From Candidatus Moraniibacteriota bacterium (GTDB taxonomy: Bacteria; Patescibacteriota; Minisyncoccia; Moranbacterales; UBA2206): 64,000 nucleotides of DNA. The translations under genes and the position numbers were made by a program. The DNA is taken from NCBI GenBank assembly GCA_049303795.1, contig JBAQNM010000005.1:35228-99227 (forward strand), in the 5' to 3' direction. Below, one piece after another: positions 8,380 through 17,835 of the stretch (position 1 is the stretch's first letter; each line of letters opens with the position of its first letter). The notes under the pieces are model-generated. The model did not search any database. It was not told the DNA's origin and saw nothing but the letters and a program-made list of their open reading frames with translations.

Positions 8380-10638
8380 ATGAAATTAATTATCGTTGAG
8401 TCCCCCACTAAAGCCAAAACTATTTCAAAATTTCTTGACAAAAGCTATACTGTCAAATCTAGCTTTGGTCACATCAGAGATTTACCTGAAAAAGAAATGG
8501 GAATTGATATTGATAATAATTTTGAACCTCTTTATGTTATTCCAAGTAAAGCGATTGACCGTGTAGGTGAATTAAAGAAATTAACAAAGAAAGCCGATGA
8601 AGTTATCCTTGCAACTGACGAAGACCGTGAAGGAGAGGCTATTTCATGGCATCTTGTCACAGCCCTGGAATTAAATAAAAAAATGCAAGGTGAAAAAATA
8701 TCAAGAATTGTTTTTCACGAGATCACGAAAAATGCTATCGAAAAAGCTCTATCTACGCCAAGAGAAATAGATCTTAATTTAGTTGATGCTCAACAAGCAA
8801 GACGCGTTCTTGATCGATTGGTTGGCTATGAGCTGTCACCCTTTCTTTGGAAAAAAATTCGACGAGGCCTTAGCGCTGGACGCGTACAGTCAATGGCTTT
8901 GCGTATTATTGTTGAAAGGGAAAAAGAAATTGAAAAATTTAAAAGCGAAAAATTTTGGAATATTAATATCAAATTAAATACGAAAGAGAATTTACCTGAA
9001 AATGAATTTTCCGCTGAACTTGTAAGGGAAAATGACATCAAGATAGAAGCGACAACAACCTTGAAGCTTTTTGCCGGAGATTATAAAATCAGAAAAACCA
9101 TTTTGGATAAGGCGGAAAAGTCCGAAAGTATAATCTCTGATCTTAAAAAATGTCAATATACCGTAGTGAATGTCACAAAAAGAGAAACAAAAAAAACACC
9201 GCCTCCACCATTCACAACTTCTACCTTGCAACAATCCGCTATCAGCAATTTGGGTTACAGCTCAAAGCAAACCATGATGATCGCGCAAAAACTTTATGAA
9301 CAAGGCTTTATTACTTATATGAGAACAGATAGTGTCAATCTTTCTCTAGAATCTTTGATTTCCGCTCAAAAAATAATTCAAAAAACTTTTGGAAAAGAAT
9401 ATTTTCTTGAAACTCCGCGCTATTTTAAAAATAAATCCAAAGGTGCACAAGAAGCCCATGAAGCAATTCGTCCAACCAGTCCAAATAAAACGCCAGAAAG
9501 TTTAGAGGAGACTCTGGAGCCAAACCAATTTAAGCTCTATAGGCTAATCTGGAATCGCATGATTGGATCACAGATGACTCCTGCTATTTTCAACTCTGTT
9601 AAAGTTGATATCGAGGCTTCTGCTAAAAACATAAAAAATACCTACGCCTTGACAGCGAACGGATCAACGCTAACTTTTGACGGTTATCTAAAAATTCATA
9701 GTGGTAAAAAAAGCTCTGAAATAGATTCTTTATTGCCAAAAATGGAAGTTAAAGATATTTTAAATTTAGCTTCTGCTTCATCGGAAGAAAAAAATACCAC
9801 ACAACCTCCTCGCTATAATGAAGCAACGCTTGTTAAGGTTCTGGAAGAATATGGAATTGGTAGGCCCTCTACCTACGCACCAACAATTTCCACTATCATC
9901 GATCGAAAATATATTGACAAGAACGAAGAGAAAAGACTTTATCCTCTGGAAATCGGCACACTTGTTAGCGATGTTTTGACTTTGCACTTTCCTCAAATTG
10001 TTGATATAACCTTTACCGCTACAATTGAAAAAGATTTTGATGAAATTGCTGAGGGGAAAAAAGATTGGGTGCCGGTAATTCGTGAATTCTATGAACCTTT
10101 TCATAAAAATTTACAAAAAAAATCCAAAGAAGTAAAAAAGGAAGAATTTCAAGAGAAGTTAGATAAGAGCTGTCCGGAATGCGGAGGAGATCTCTTGATC
10201 AAATTTGGTCGTTTCGGAAAATTTATCGCCTGTTCTAATTATCCTAATTGTCGCTATACAGAAAAAACAGGAGAAGAAAAAAAACTAGAACAAGAATTTT
10301 CCGGAGAAATTTGCGATAAATGTGGTGCAAAGATGGCTGTTAAGAAAGGTAGATTTGGAACATTTCTTGGTTGTTCAAATTATCCTGCCTGCAAAAATAT
10401 TAAAAGAATTGAAAATAAAACTGGTGTTCTTTGTCCCAAATGCAAAACTGGCGATATCGTAGAAAGAAAATCAAAAAAAGGACGCTCTTTCTATGGTTGC
10501 AATACTTATCCTGCATGTGATTTCTCGCTCTGGAAAAAACCGACTGGCGATGTTTGTCCTAAATGCAACTCACTTTTAGTTTTTGCAGCTAAGGGAGAAA
10601 CTGAGTGTTCCAATAAGGAATGTGATTTTAAGAATTAA
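8380..10638 (+). CDS. topA: DNA topoisomerase I
   Basis: Toprim N-terminus MKLIIVESPTKAKTISKFL. Topoisomerase IA core. Four C-terminal C4 zinc-ribbon repeats (CPECGGDL..CSNYPNC, CDKCGA..CSNYPAC, CPKCKTG..CNTYPAC, CPKCNS). Confidence 0.95.
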   Translation: MKLIIVESPTKAKTISKFLDKSYTVKSSFGHIRDLPEKEMGIDIDNNFEPLYVIPSKAIDRVGELKKLTKKADEVILATDEDREGEAISWHLVTALELNKKMQGEKISRIVFHEITKNAIEKALSTPREIDLNLVDAQQARRVLDRLVGYELSPFLWKKIRRGLSAGRVQSMALRIIVEREKEIEKFKSEKFWNINIKLNTKENLPENEFSAELVRENDIKIEATTTLKLFAGDYKIRKTILDKAEKSESIISDLKKCQYTVVNVTKRETKKTPPPPFTTSTLQQSAISNLGYSSKQTMMIAQKLYEQGFITYMRTDSVNLSLESLISAQKIIQKTFGKEYFLETPRYFKNKSKGAQEAHEAIRPTSPNKTPESLEETLEPNQFKLYRLIWNRMIGSQMTPAIFNSVKVDIEASAKNIKNTYALTANGSTLTFDGYLKIHSGKKSSEIDSLLPKMEVKDILNLASASSEEKNTTQPPRYNEATLVKVLEEYGIGRPSTYAPTISTIIDRKYIDKNEEKRLYPLEIGTLVSDVLTLHFPQIVDITFTATIEKDFDEIAEGKKDWVPVIREFYEPFHKNLQKKSKEVKKEEFQEKLDKSCPECGGDLLIKFGRFGKFIACSNYPNCRYTEKTGEEKKLEQEFSGEICDKCGAKMAVKKGRFGTFLGCSNYPACKNIKRIENKTGVLCPKCKTGDIVERKSKKGRSFYGCNTYPACDFSLWKKPTGDVCPKCNSLLVFAAKGETECSNKECDFKN

Positions 10639-10651
10639 CTCTTAAAAAAAT

Positions 10652-12148
10652 ATGTCTCCAGAAAAAAATATAACGATTGATGATGTTTTAAGAAATGTAA
10701 AATTTGATTTGGATTTTAAGCATGAAGCCTTAATTAGAAGTGCCTATGAAATAGCTGAAAAAGCACATAGGGGACAAAAAAGAAAATCCGGAATAGATGA
10801 TTACATTCAACACCCACTTCACACTGCGCTTAATTTGGCAAAAATCGGACTAGGAGCTAAAACCATTACTGCCGGATTACTACATGACGTTCCGGAGGAT
10901 ACCGATACCAGCTCAAAAGAAATTGAACAAAAATTTGGTAAAGAAATCGCTACATTAGTAGATGGCGTTACAAAATTGGGAAAGATAAAACTACGTGGAA
11001 CAAAAGAAGAACTTTATCTGGAAAATTTACGCAAAATGTTTCTAGCCATGGCTTCTGATATTCGAGTTGTCCTTATTAAACTAGCCGATCGTTTGCATAA
11101 TATGGAGACCTTGCAATATCTTCCTCCGGATAAACAGCAAAGAATCGCCCTGGAAACATTAGAGGTTTTTGCCCCTATTGCCAACCGCCTAGGTATCGGC
11201 GAAATGAAAGCCCGCTTGGAAGATTTATCTTTTCAATATCTCGATCCTGAAAATTATAAACACACAAAAAAATTACTGCATGATCAATATGGACAAAGAA
11301 AGAAAAATATTGATCGTATTGTCGAAAATCTTAAAGAAGAACTTCTCAAAGAAGGTATTCACGTATTGGCTACTTTTGGAAGAACGAAGCATCTCTATAG
11401 CCTATTTCAAAAATTAAAACGACACGACATGGATATTAATAAAATTTATGACTTAATTGGTATCCGCGTTATCGTTCCCGATTTAGCTAATTGTTATGAA
11501 ACACTAGGCATTGTTCATAAAAAATACCGACCACTAGTAGGACGAATTAAAGATTACATTTCACTTCCCAAGCCGAATGGCTATCAATCAATCCACACTA
11601 CTATTTTTGGACCAGAAGGAAGTTTTCTGGAAATTCAAATTCGCACAAAAAAAATGGACGATGAAGCGGAATATGGAATTGCTTCACATTGGATTTACTC
11701 AGAAAAAAAGCGTAAACTGGCGAATTTTTTTCGGAAGAGTAAGCACGTAGTTCCGGATGAAGAATTAATTTGGGTTAAACAATTGCGAGAATGGCAATCC
11801 GATCTTGGAAAAAATGATCAAGAGTTTATGGAGGGATTGCGTATTGATTTTTTCAAAAATCACATATTTGCTTTCACTCCTCAGGGAGATATTATTGACC
11901 TACCAGAAGATGCCACGCCAATTGATTTCGCCTATCGAGTACACAGTGAAATTGGCAATCGAGCAGTTGGCGCTAAAGCTAATGGGAAAATGACTCCCTT
12001 GAATTATAAAATCAAAAATGGAGATGTCGTTGAAATTCTCACTTCACGTGATCACAAAAATCCTAGTTATGATTGGCTCCGATTTGTCAGAACATCACTC
12101 GCCAAAAGTCAAATTAGAAAGTTTTTCAAAAAAGATGGACCGATCTAG
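10652..12148 (+). CDS. rel: Bifunctional (p)ppGpp synthetase/hydrolase, short form (HD + synthetase + TGS, no ACT domain)
   Basis: HD motif LLHDVPEDT. Synthetase motifs DLIGIRVIV and GYQSIHTTI. TGS-like region GDIIDLPEDATPIDFAYRVHSEIG. Ends at 498 aa without the C-terminal regulatory domains. Confidence 0.85.
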   Translation: MSPEKNITIDDVLRNVKFDLDFKHEALIRSAYEIAEKAHRGQKRKSGIDDYIQHPLHTALNLAKIGLGAKTITAGLLHDVPEDTDTSSKEIEQKFGKEIATLVDGVTKLGKIKLRGTKEELYLENLRKMFLAMASDIRVVLIKLADRLHNMETLQYLPPDKQQRIALETLEVFAPIANRLGIGEMKARLEDLSFQYLDPENYKHTKKLLHDQYGQRKKNIDRIVENLKEELLKEGIHVLATFGRTKHLYSLFQKLKRHDMDINKIYDLIGIRVIVPDLANCYETLGIVHKKYRPLVGRIKDYISLPKPNGYQSIHTTIFGPEGSFLEIQIRTKKMDDEAEYGIASHWIYSEKKRKLANFFRKSKHVVPDEELIWVKQLREWQSDLGKNDQEFMEGLRIDFFKNHIFAFTPQGDIIDLPEDATPIDFAYRVHSEIGNRAVGAKANGKMTPLNYKIKNGDVVEILTSRDHKNPSYDWLRFVRTSLAKSQIRKFFKKDGPI

Positions 12149-12259
12149 AAAATTTCTTTAATAAATTCGCTTTTTCTTTGATTTTGTTTCTATCTAATTT
12201 TATTTGAAGAAATACTAAAATAATGTTAAGCTAGTAACAAATCAATAATATAATAAAAA

Positions 12260-13165
12260 ATGTCAGAAATAAAAACAGAAAAAGTCAATTGGATTGACTT
12301 TAGTGAACCCAGCCCAAAAGAAATTTTGGAAATCCAAAAAAGATTCAACCTGCATCCATTAGTCATTGAGGAGTTTTCAACACCAACACTAAGGCCAAAA
12401 GCAGCTGAATATGGCAATTGCATCTATCTTGCTATTCATATTCCCCTTTATGATAATAAAAATAAAACCACCTATCCGGGAGAGTTAGATATCGTAATTT
12501 GCCAAAATAGTCTAATTACAGCTCATGACGTCGAGATCTATCAACTTACTGAATTTTTTGAAAAATTAAAAAAAAGCAAAAAGAAAAGAGAAATATATAT
12601 GAGTCAAAGTCCGGGAGCACTTTTACGGTTTATTCTCGAACTATTGCTCGAGTCATGTTTTCCTCGCCTTGATCATATCTCTAAAAAACTAGACTATGTT
12701 GAAAAAGAAATTTTTGATAGCCATGAGAAAGAAATGGTGTTTGAAATATCCCTTGTCAAAAGAGATATACTCAATTTTAGACGAACAATGAAGCCGCAGA
12801 GAACGGTTTTTGAATCATTAGTGCGAGACAATAAATATATCGAATCGGAATTGCGACCATATTTTCAAGATTTAATTGGAACCAATATACGTATTTGGAA
12901 CATGCTAGAGAGCGCAAAAGAAACAATTGAATCGCTAGAAAGCACAAATAATTCCCTACTTTCAAATCAGCTAGACATGACCATGAAAGTGCTTACAATT
13001 TTTTCAGCCGTAATGCTTCCAATGAGTGTATATTCAAATATTCTGGCAATGAGCGCTGACATTCCTTTTGGCAAAAATCCTCATGCTTTTTGGATTCATC
13101 TAATAATCATGCTTTTTATTTCCGGTATCACTATTTTGATTTTTAAAATGCGTAAATGGCTATAA
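12260..13165 (+). CDS. CorA-family divalent cation transporter homologue with a non-canonical pore motif
   Basis: CorA architecture: soluble N-domain, two C-terminal TM helices and a basic tail KMRKWL. The loop reads YSNILAMSADIPF where CorA has YGMNFxxMPEL, so GMN is replaced by AMS. Confidence 0.6.
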   Translation: MSEIKTEKVNWIDFSEPSPKEILEIQKRFNLHPLVIEEFSTPTLRPKAAEYGNCIYLAIHIPLYDNKNKTTYPGELDIVICQNSLITAHDVEIYQLTEFFEKLKKSKKKREIYMSQSPGALLRFILELLLESCFPRLDHISKKLDYVEKEIFDSHEKEMVFEISLVKRDILNFRRTMKPQRTVFESLVRDNKYIESELRPYFQDLIGTNIRIWNMLESAKETIESLESTNNSLLSNQLDMTMKVLTIFSAVMLPMSVYSNILAMSADIPFGKNPHAFWIHLIIMLFISGITILIFKMRKWL

Positions 13166-13171
13166 ATAAAT

Positions 13172-14626
13172 ATGTTCAAAATTTATAACTCACTAACTAG
13201 AAAAAAGGAAGAGTTTAAACCGATCTACAAAGGTAAGGTTGGTATGTATGTTTGTGGTCCCACCGTCTATGATCACTGCCACATTGGACATGCCCGTGGT
13301 TATGTTTCGATGGATACTTTCAGAAAATATTTAGAATACCTTGGGTATGAAGTTAGATATATCATGAACTACACTGATGTCGGACATTTAGTTAATGATG
13401 CCGAAATTGGTGAAGATAAAATTGAAAAAAAAGCCAAAGCGGAAAAAGTGGATCCGATGGAGATAGTTGAAAACTACATCAACTCAGCTAAAGAAGATTT
13501 CAAAGCACTAAATGTCAAACCTGCCAATTTTAATCCCCGCCCAACTCAATACATTGCTCAAATAATTAAATTTATTGAGGATTTAATTCAAAAAGACTAC
13601 GCTTATGAAGCTAATGGTTCGGTTTATTTTTCTGTAAATAAATTTCCTGAATATGGAAAGCTTTCTGGAAGAAAAACTGAAGAATTGATTGAAGGTGCGC
13701 GTGTAGAAGTCAACCTAGAAAAGAAAAATCCACTTGATTTTGCCGTTTGGATAAAAGCTGATAATGAACATATCTTGAAATGGCCAAGTCCTTGGAGCAC
13801 TGGATACCCAGGATGGCACATCGAATGCTCTGTTATGTCCTGTGACTTATTAGGACAGGATACTTTTGACATTCATGGCGGAGGTAATGAAAACATTTTT
13901 CCTCATAATGAAAATGAGATTGCTCAAAGTGAAGCTTATATTGGAAAAAAAATGGCCAATTATTGGACTCTCTGGAATATGGTCAATATTAATGGCGAAA
14001 AAATGTCCAAATCAAAAGGCAATCATACTTCAGTAAAAGATATCTTGAAAGAATATGATCCAATGGTGATTCGGCTTTGGATTTTAAGCTCTCATTATAG
14101 AAGTATTGTTAATTATACCTCGAGCGTCCTTACTCAAGCACAAACTAACCTGCAAAAAATCACTGATTGGGTAAATAAATTAAAAAATCTGGGGATTGAA
14201 AAATCAGACGAAAAAATTAACATCTCAAAATATCAAGAAAAATTTGAGGAAGCAATGAATGATGATCTTAATACTCCTATTGCTCTTTCTGTTTTGTATG
14301 AGCTCATAACTGAAAGCAATAGCTTGATCGCTAATGACAAGCTAAATAAAGAAAGCACTGAAAATATCTTAAAATTTTGGGAAAAAATAAATAAGGTTTT
14401 TGGATTAATTTTGAAAACTGATGAAATCAAAGAAATTCCAAAAGAAGTCATAGTATTATCGGAAGATAGAAAAAAAGCTCGTGAAAATAAAGATTTTCAA
14501 CTATCTGACGAACTGAGAAATAAAATTGAAAATCTAGGCTATTTCATTGAAGATTTAAAAGATAATAATTATTTAATTAAACCTGCCCACAATGCTTCGC
14601 CTAGCGATGCAGACGGGAAACAATAA
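13172..14626 (+). CDS. cysS: Cysteinyl-tRNA synthetase
   Basis: HIGH-type motif CGPTVYDHCHIGHARGY and KMSKSKGN. Zn-binding Cys in WHIECS. 484 aa. Confidence 0.95.
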   Translation: MFKIYNSLTRKKEEFKPIYKGKVGMYVCGPTVYDHCHIGHARGYVSMDTFRKYLEYLGYEVRYIMNYTDVGHLVNDAEIGEDKIEKKAKAEKVDPMEIVENYINSAKEDFKALNVKPANFNPRPTQYIAQIIKFIEDLIQKDYAYEANGSVYFSVNKFPEYGKLSGRKTEELIEGARVEVNLEKKNPLDFAVWIKADNEHILKWPSPWSTGYPGWHIECSVMSCDLLGQDTFDIHGGGNENIFPHNENEIAQSEAYIGKKMANYWTLWNMVNINGEKMSKSKGNHTSVKDILKEYDPMVIRLWILSSHYRSIVNYTSSVLTQAQTNLQKITDWVNKLKNLGIEKSDEKINISKYQEKFEEAMNDDLNTPIALSVLYELITESNSLIANDKLNKESTENILKFWEKINKVFGLILKTDEIKEIPKEVIVLSEDRKKARENKDFQLSDELRNKIENLGYFIEDLKDNNYLIKPAHNASPSDADGKQ

Positions 14627-14627
14627 T

Positions 14628-14828
14628 ATGGGTGATTTTTGTAATTGCTCCCAATGTCCACATCATTGCGGAGGAGATGAAGAAGATGATACCATCAAGG
14701 ATTTTCTTGATAATAAAATAGGTAGCCAAGAGGAGGCCACTAAAAAAGTAGAGGCTCTAAAAAAAGATATCAAAAAAATTGGTTTTAAAATAAAAAAAAC
14801 AAAGGACGGATTGAAGGTCTCCCAATAA
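14628..14828 (+). CDS. Small acidic Cys-motif protein translationally coupled to cysS (hypothetical)
   Basis: ATG at 14628, 1 nt after the cysS stop. Encodes MGDFCNCSQCPHHCGG (CxCxxCxxxC) then an acidic/Lys-rich tail, 66 aa. The track ORF is longer (from 14592) but overlaps cysS. Confidence 0.35.
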   Translation: MGDFCNCSQCPHHCGGDEEDDTIKDFLDNKIGSQEEATKKVEALKKDIKKIGFKIKKTKDGLKVSQ

Positions 14829-15127
14829 CTTAACCAGCAAGATAACAGAATGGAAAAATCAACACGAACATATTCATTATTATTATTATTTGCCATAATA
14901 CTAATAGTTTTAATATTTGCAGAAATATTTTGTTTATCCGCATACGATCAGCAATGTAAAATCGGATTTTTCTCAAAAATCAACATTATCAACTATCCAA
15001 GCCTTTTTGATGCTATTTTTAACGCATCCCATATTAAATAAGCGATTGCTCATCCAAACACTATAAATCAAAAATTATTCAAATAAAGGAGTCTCGCTTA
15101 AGTAAAACTCCTTGTAAGTTTTTAATT

Positions 15128-16081
15128 ATGAAAAACTTTTGGCAAAAAATTCAAAGACCAATTCTAGCATTGGCACCGATGGCAGGAATCACTGATAGTG
15201 CTTTTCGCCAAATTTGTCGGGAAAATGGTGCGGATATTACCTATTCTGAAATGGCTAGTGTTAGTGCTTTATTTTATAAACCACAGAAAACGCTAGACTT
15301 GATTCGCTTCAACAAAAAAGAACAACCCTATGTAGTACAATTATTTGGTAAGGATCCCCAGCATTTTGCTGTTGCTACAAAAATAATAACAGAAAAAGTT
15401 AAGCCTGATGGCATTGATATTAACTTTGGCTGTCCGGCTAAAAAAGTTTTTGGTCACGGAAGCGGTTGTGCTTTAATGCCTCAACCAGAACTGGCGCGTC
15501 AAATAATTTCAGCTGTTTGTGAAAATACAAAGTTACCTGTTTCCATTAAAATTCGTGCTGGTGTGAAAAATTTTAATGCACTTGAGTTTATTGAAAAAAC
15601 CAAAGACCTCCCCTACTGCGCAGTAATGGTTCACGGCAGAACATATGAGGGTGGTTTTTCAGGAGAAGTTGATTGGAAAATAATTTCCAAAATAAAAAAA
15701 ATGGTTCCAGAAAAAATTATTCTTGGTAATGGCGGAATCACAACACCAGAAACTGCCTTGGAAATTCTACAAAAATATCCGGAAATTAATGGACTCGGAA
15801 TTGCTCGAGGTGTTTGGGGCAGACCCTATCTTTTTTCTGAAATAAAAGAATTTTTTGAAAATAAAAAACACACCGTTTACGATTTTAAAAAAATAAAAAA
15901 AATCATGATTCGCCATGCCAAACTAATTTTTGCCGATAAGAAAGATTTTGGTCTTTTCGAAATCAGAAAACATCTCGTTTGGTATATCAAAGGCTTTTCC
16001 GGCGCATCCGAATTGCGCAAAAAACTAGTTCGCGCTGAAAGCGTTGAGGAAATTAAAGAGATTCTTAATCAGAACCACTGA
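15128..16081 (+). CDS. dus: tRNA-dihydrouridine synthase
   Basis: ALAPMAGITDSAFRQICRENGADITYSEM and the FGCP..K TIM-barrel FMN site conserved in the Dus family. Ends with a TGA stop. Confidence 0.9.
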   Translation: MKNFWQKIQRPILALAPMAGITDSAFRQICRENGADITYSEMASVSALFYKPQKTLDLIRFNKKEQPYVVQLFGKDPQHFAVATKIITEKVKPDGIDINFGCPAKKVFGHGSGCALMPQPELARQIISAVCENTKLPVSIKIRAGVKNFNALEFIEKTKDLPYCAVMVHGRTYEGGFSGEVDWKIISKIKKMVPEKIILGNGGITTPETALEILQKYPEINGLGIARGVWGRPYLFSEIKEFFENKKHTVYDFKKIKKIMIRHAKLIFADKKDFGLFEIRKHLVWYIKGFSGASELRKKLVRAESVEEIKEILNQNH

Positions 16082-16100
16082 CCTGCCGGCAGGCAGGTTT
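16082..16100 (+). terminator. Hairpin immediately after dus stop (CCTGCC-GGCA-GGCAGG) with a short T-run
   Basis: 6-bp GC stem and 4-nt loop at 16082-16097, followed by TTT. Weak U-tract. Confidence 0.35.
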
Positions 16101-16157
16101 GCACTTATAATGATTATTTTTATATTACAGTATGTTGTTGTAATAATAATTTATTTG

Positions 16158-16201
16158 TAAATAAAAATAGGAGCGCCCCCTGATGATTCCAGGAAGCGCT
16201 C
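16158..16201 (-). terminator. Intrinsic terminator of the 35-aa small ORF
   Basis: On the minus strand, GAGCGCUUCC-(11 nt)-GGGGGCGCUC forms a 10-bp stem with two G.U pairs, followed by CUAUUUUUAUUU. Confidence 0.45.
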
Positions 16202-16223
16202 TTGCTTATTGATCTGAATTTTT

Positions 16224-16331
16224 TTACCTTAAAATTATTGGTGCATAATACGCCAACAAAAATAAGACGACAAAACCTACGAAACAAATTGTGCAGTTCT
16301 TAGCTGCTTTTTTTCCTCGTTCATCAAGCAT
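16224..16331 (-). CDS. Unannotated 35-aa single-TM small protein with canonical RBS and terminator
   Basis: Reverse-strand ATG at 16331 is preceded by GAGGAGG with a 5-nt spacer. Encodes MLDERGKKAAKNCTICFVGFVVLFLLAYYAPIILR. Followed by a 10-bp stem hairpin plus U-tract (16158-16201 on the minus strand). Below the 60-aa cutoff of the ORF track. Confidence 0.4.
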   Translation of the reverse strand: MLDERGKKAAKNCTICFVGFVVLFLLAYYAPIILR

Positions 16332-16421
16332 GGACACCTCCTCATTTTTGTTTACTTGTTTGAAATTATTTAACTTCCTCTTTTACACACAATCATTGCA
16401 CAAACTGGGCATAAGTGCAAG

Positions 16422-16450
16422 TTGCTCATTTAACCTTGTCTTGATATAAT
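16422..16450 (+). promoter_or_regulatory. dnaB promoter with extended -10
   Basis: TTGCTC (16422-16427), 17-bp spacer, TGaTATAAT (16442-16450). Only about 9 nt between the -10 and the dnaB ATG, so a near-leaderless transcript. Confidence 0.5.
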
Positions 16451-16459
16451 AAAAAAGTT

Positions 16460-17824
16460 ATGGCAAATCAAAACAACGAAAATCTAAAAATTCCCCCTCA
16501 AAATGTCGAAGCGGAAAAGTCCGTACTTGGCGCTTTAATGCTGGATAAAGACGCTATTATTAAGGTCGCTAATGTCATTCGCTTAGGAGATTTTTATAAA
16601 GATTCTCATAATCTTATTTATGAAACAATGCTTGATCTTTATGAAAAACGTGAACCAATCGATGTTTTAAGTCTTTCTAATCGCTTGGAAGAAAAAGATC
16701 AACTAGAAAAAATTGGTGGCTCTAGTTATCTTGCTATGCTAGTCAATTCTGTTCCATCAAGTTCGAATATTTTGCACTATGCCAAAGTTGTTCAAAAAAA
16801 ATCCACTTTACGTCGCTTGATTGAAACTGCCAGCGAGATACTTGAACTGGGATACAAAGAGGAGGAAGATGTTGAAAAACTTCTCGATCAAGCTGAACAA
16901 AAATTATTTGCTGTTTCTCAAAAATTCATGAAACAAGATTTCATTCCAATGAAATCCATTCTCGAATCAGCCTTTAACCGTATAGATGAACTGCACAAAG
17001 GTGATCACAAAATGCGTGGCATCCCTACTGGCTACCCTGATCTAAACAATATCTTAGCTGGTTTTCAAAAATCTGATTTAGTTATTCTGGCTGCTCGTCC
17101 TAGTATTGGAAAATCTACACTAGCAATGGATTTTGCACGAAATATCGCCGTTAAAGAAAAGATTGGCGTTGGGGTTTTTTCTCTAGAAATGTCAGCTGAT
17201 CAATTAATCGACAGAATGCTCGCTGCTCAATCAGGAGTTGATTTATGGCGCTTACGAACGGGGAAGTTAAAAACTGGCGAAGGCGATGATGATTTTCAAA
17301 GAATTGGCGAAGCAATGGGAGTACTCTCAGAAGCAAAAATTTTCATTGATGATTCTGGTTCAGCTAATGTTATGGAGGTTCGCACTATGGCAAGAAGGTT
17401 GCAACTGGAGCATGGCGTAGGCTTAATCATTATCGATTATTTACAATTAATGGAAGGCCGTTCAACTGGCGGTGATAATCGGGTTAATGAAATATCTGAA
17501 ATTTCTCGATCTCTGAAACAACTTGCTCGTGAATTGAATGTGCCTGTGATTGCTTTGTCCCAATTATCTCGCGCTGTTGAATCACGTAGTCCGCAAATCC
17601 CTAAACTTTCTGATCTTCGTGAATCAGGTTCTATTGAGCAAGACGCTGACATTGTGCTTTTCCTTTATCGTGAAGACCGCGAGAAACCAGATACGCCAAA
17701 CAAAAATATCGTAGAAGTGCACATCGCAAAACACCGAAATGGGCCGGTCGGTAAAATATCTCTCTATTTCGACGAAAGTTCAGCCACATTTAAATCACTT
17801 GAACGAGTTCATTCGGAGCAATAA
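16460..17824 (+). CDS. dnaB: Replicative DNA helicase DnaB
   Basis: N-terminal DnaB domain (PPQNVEAEKSVLGALM). Walker A ARPSIGKST. Walker B IIIDYLQLM. RecA-like C-domain with SQLSR motif. Confidence 0.9.
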   Translation: MANQNNENLKIPPQNVEAEKSVLGALMLDKDAIIKVANVIRLGDFYKDSHNLIYETMLDLYEKREPIDVLSLSNRLEEKDQLEKIGGSSYLAMLVNSVPSSSNILHYAKVVQKKSTLRRLIETASEILELGYKEEEDVEKLLDQAEQKLFAVSQKFMKQDFIPMKSILESAFNRIDELHKGDHKMRGIPTGYPDLNNILAGFQKSDLVILAARPSIGKSTLAMDFARNIAVKEKIGVGVFSLEMSADQLIDRMLAAQSGVDLWRLRTGKLKTGEGDDDFQRIGEAMGVLSEAKIFIDDSGSANVMEVRTMARRLQLEHGVGLIIIDYLQLMEGRSTGGDNRVNEISEISRSLKQLARELNVPVIALSQLSRAVESRSPQIPKLSDLRESGSIEQDADIVLFLYREDREKPDTPNKNIVEVHIAKHRNGPVGKISLYFDESSATFKSLERVHSEQ

Positions 17825-17835
17825 AAAAACAAAAA

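Noticed and set aside
14850-15041. 63-aa hydrophobic ORF in the 300-bp cysS-dus spacer
   Set aside because: No SD or recognisable promoter. It contains an (ATT)5 microsatellite. Possible but unsupported, so left unannotated.
16079-16081. Alternative genetic code (UGA=Gly, code 25, as in some CPR lineages)
   Set aside because: TGA terminates well-aligned genes such as dus at their expected C-termini, so code 11 applies.
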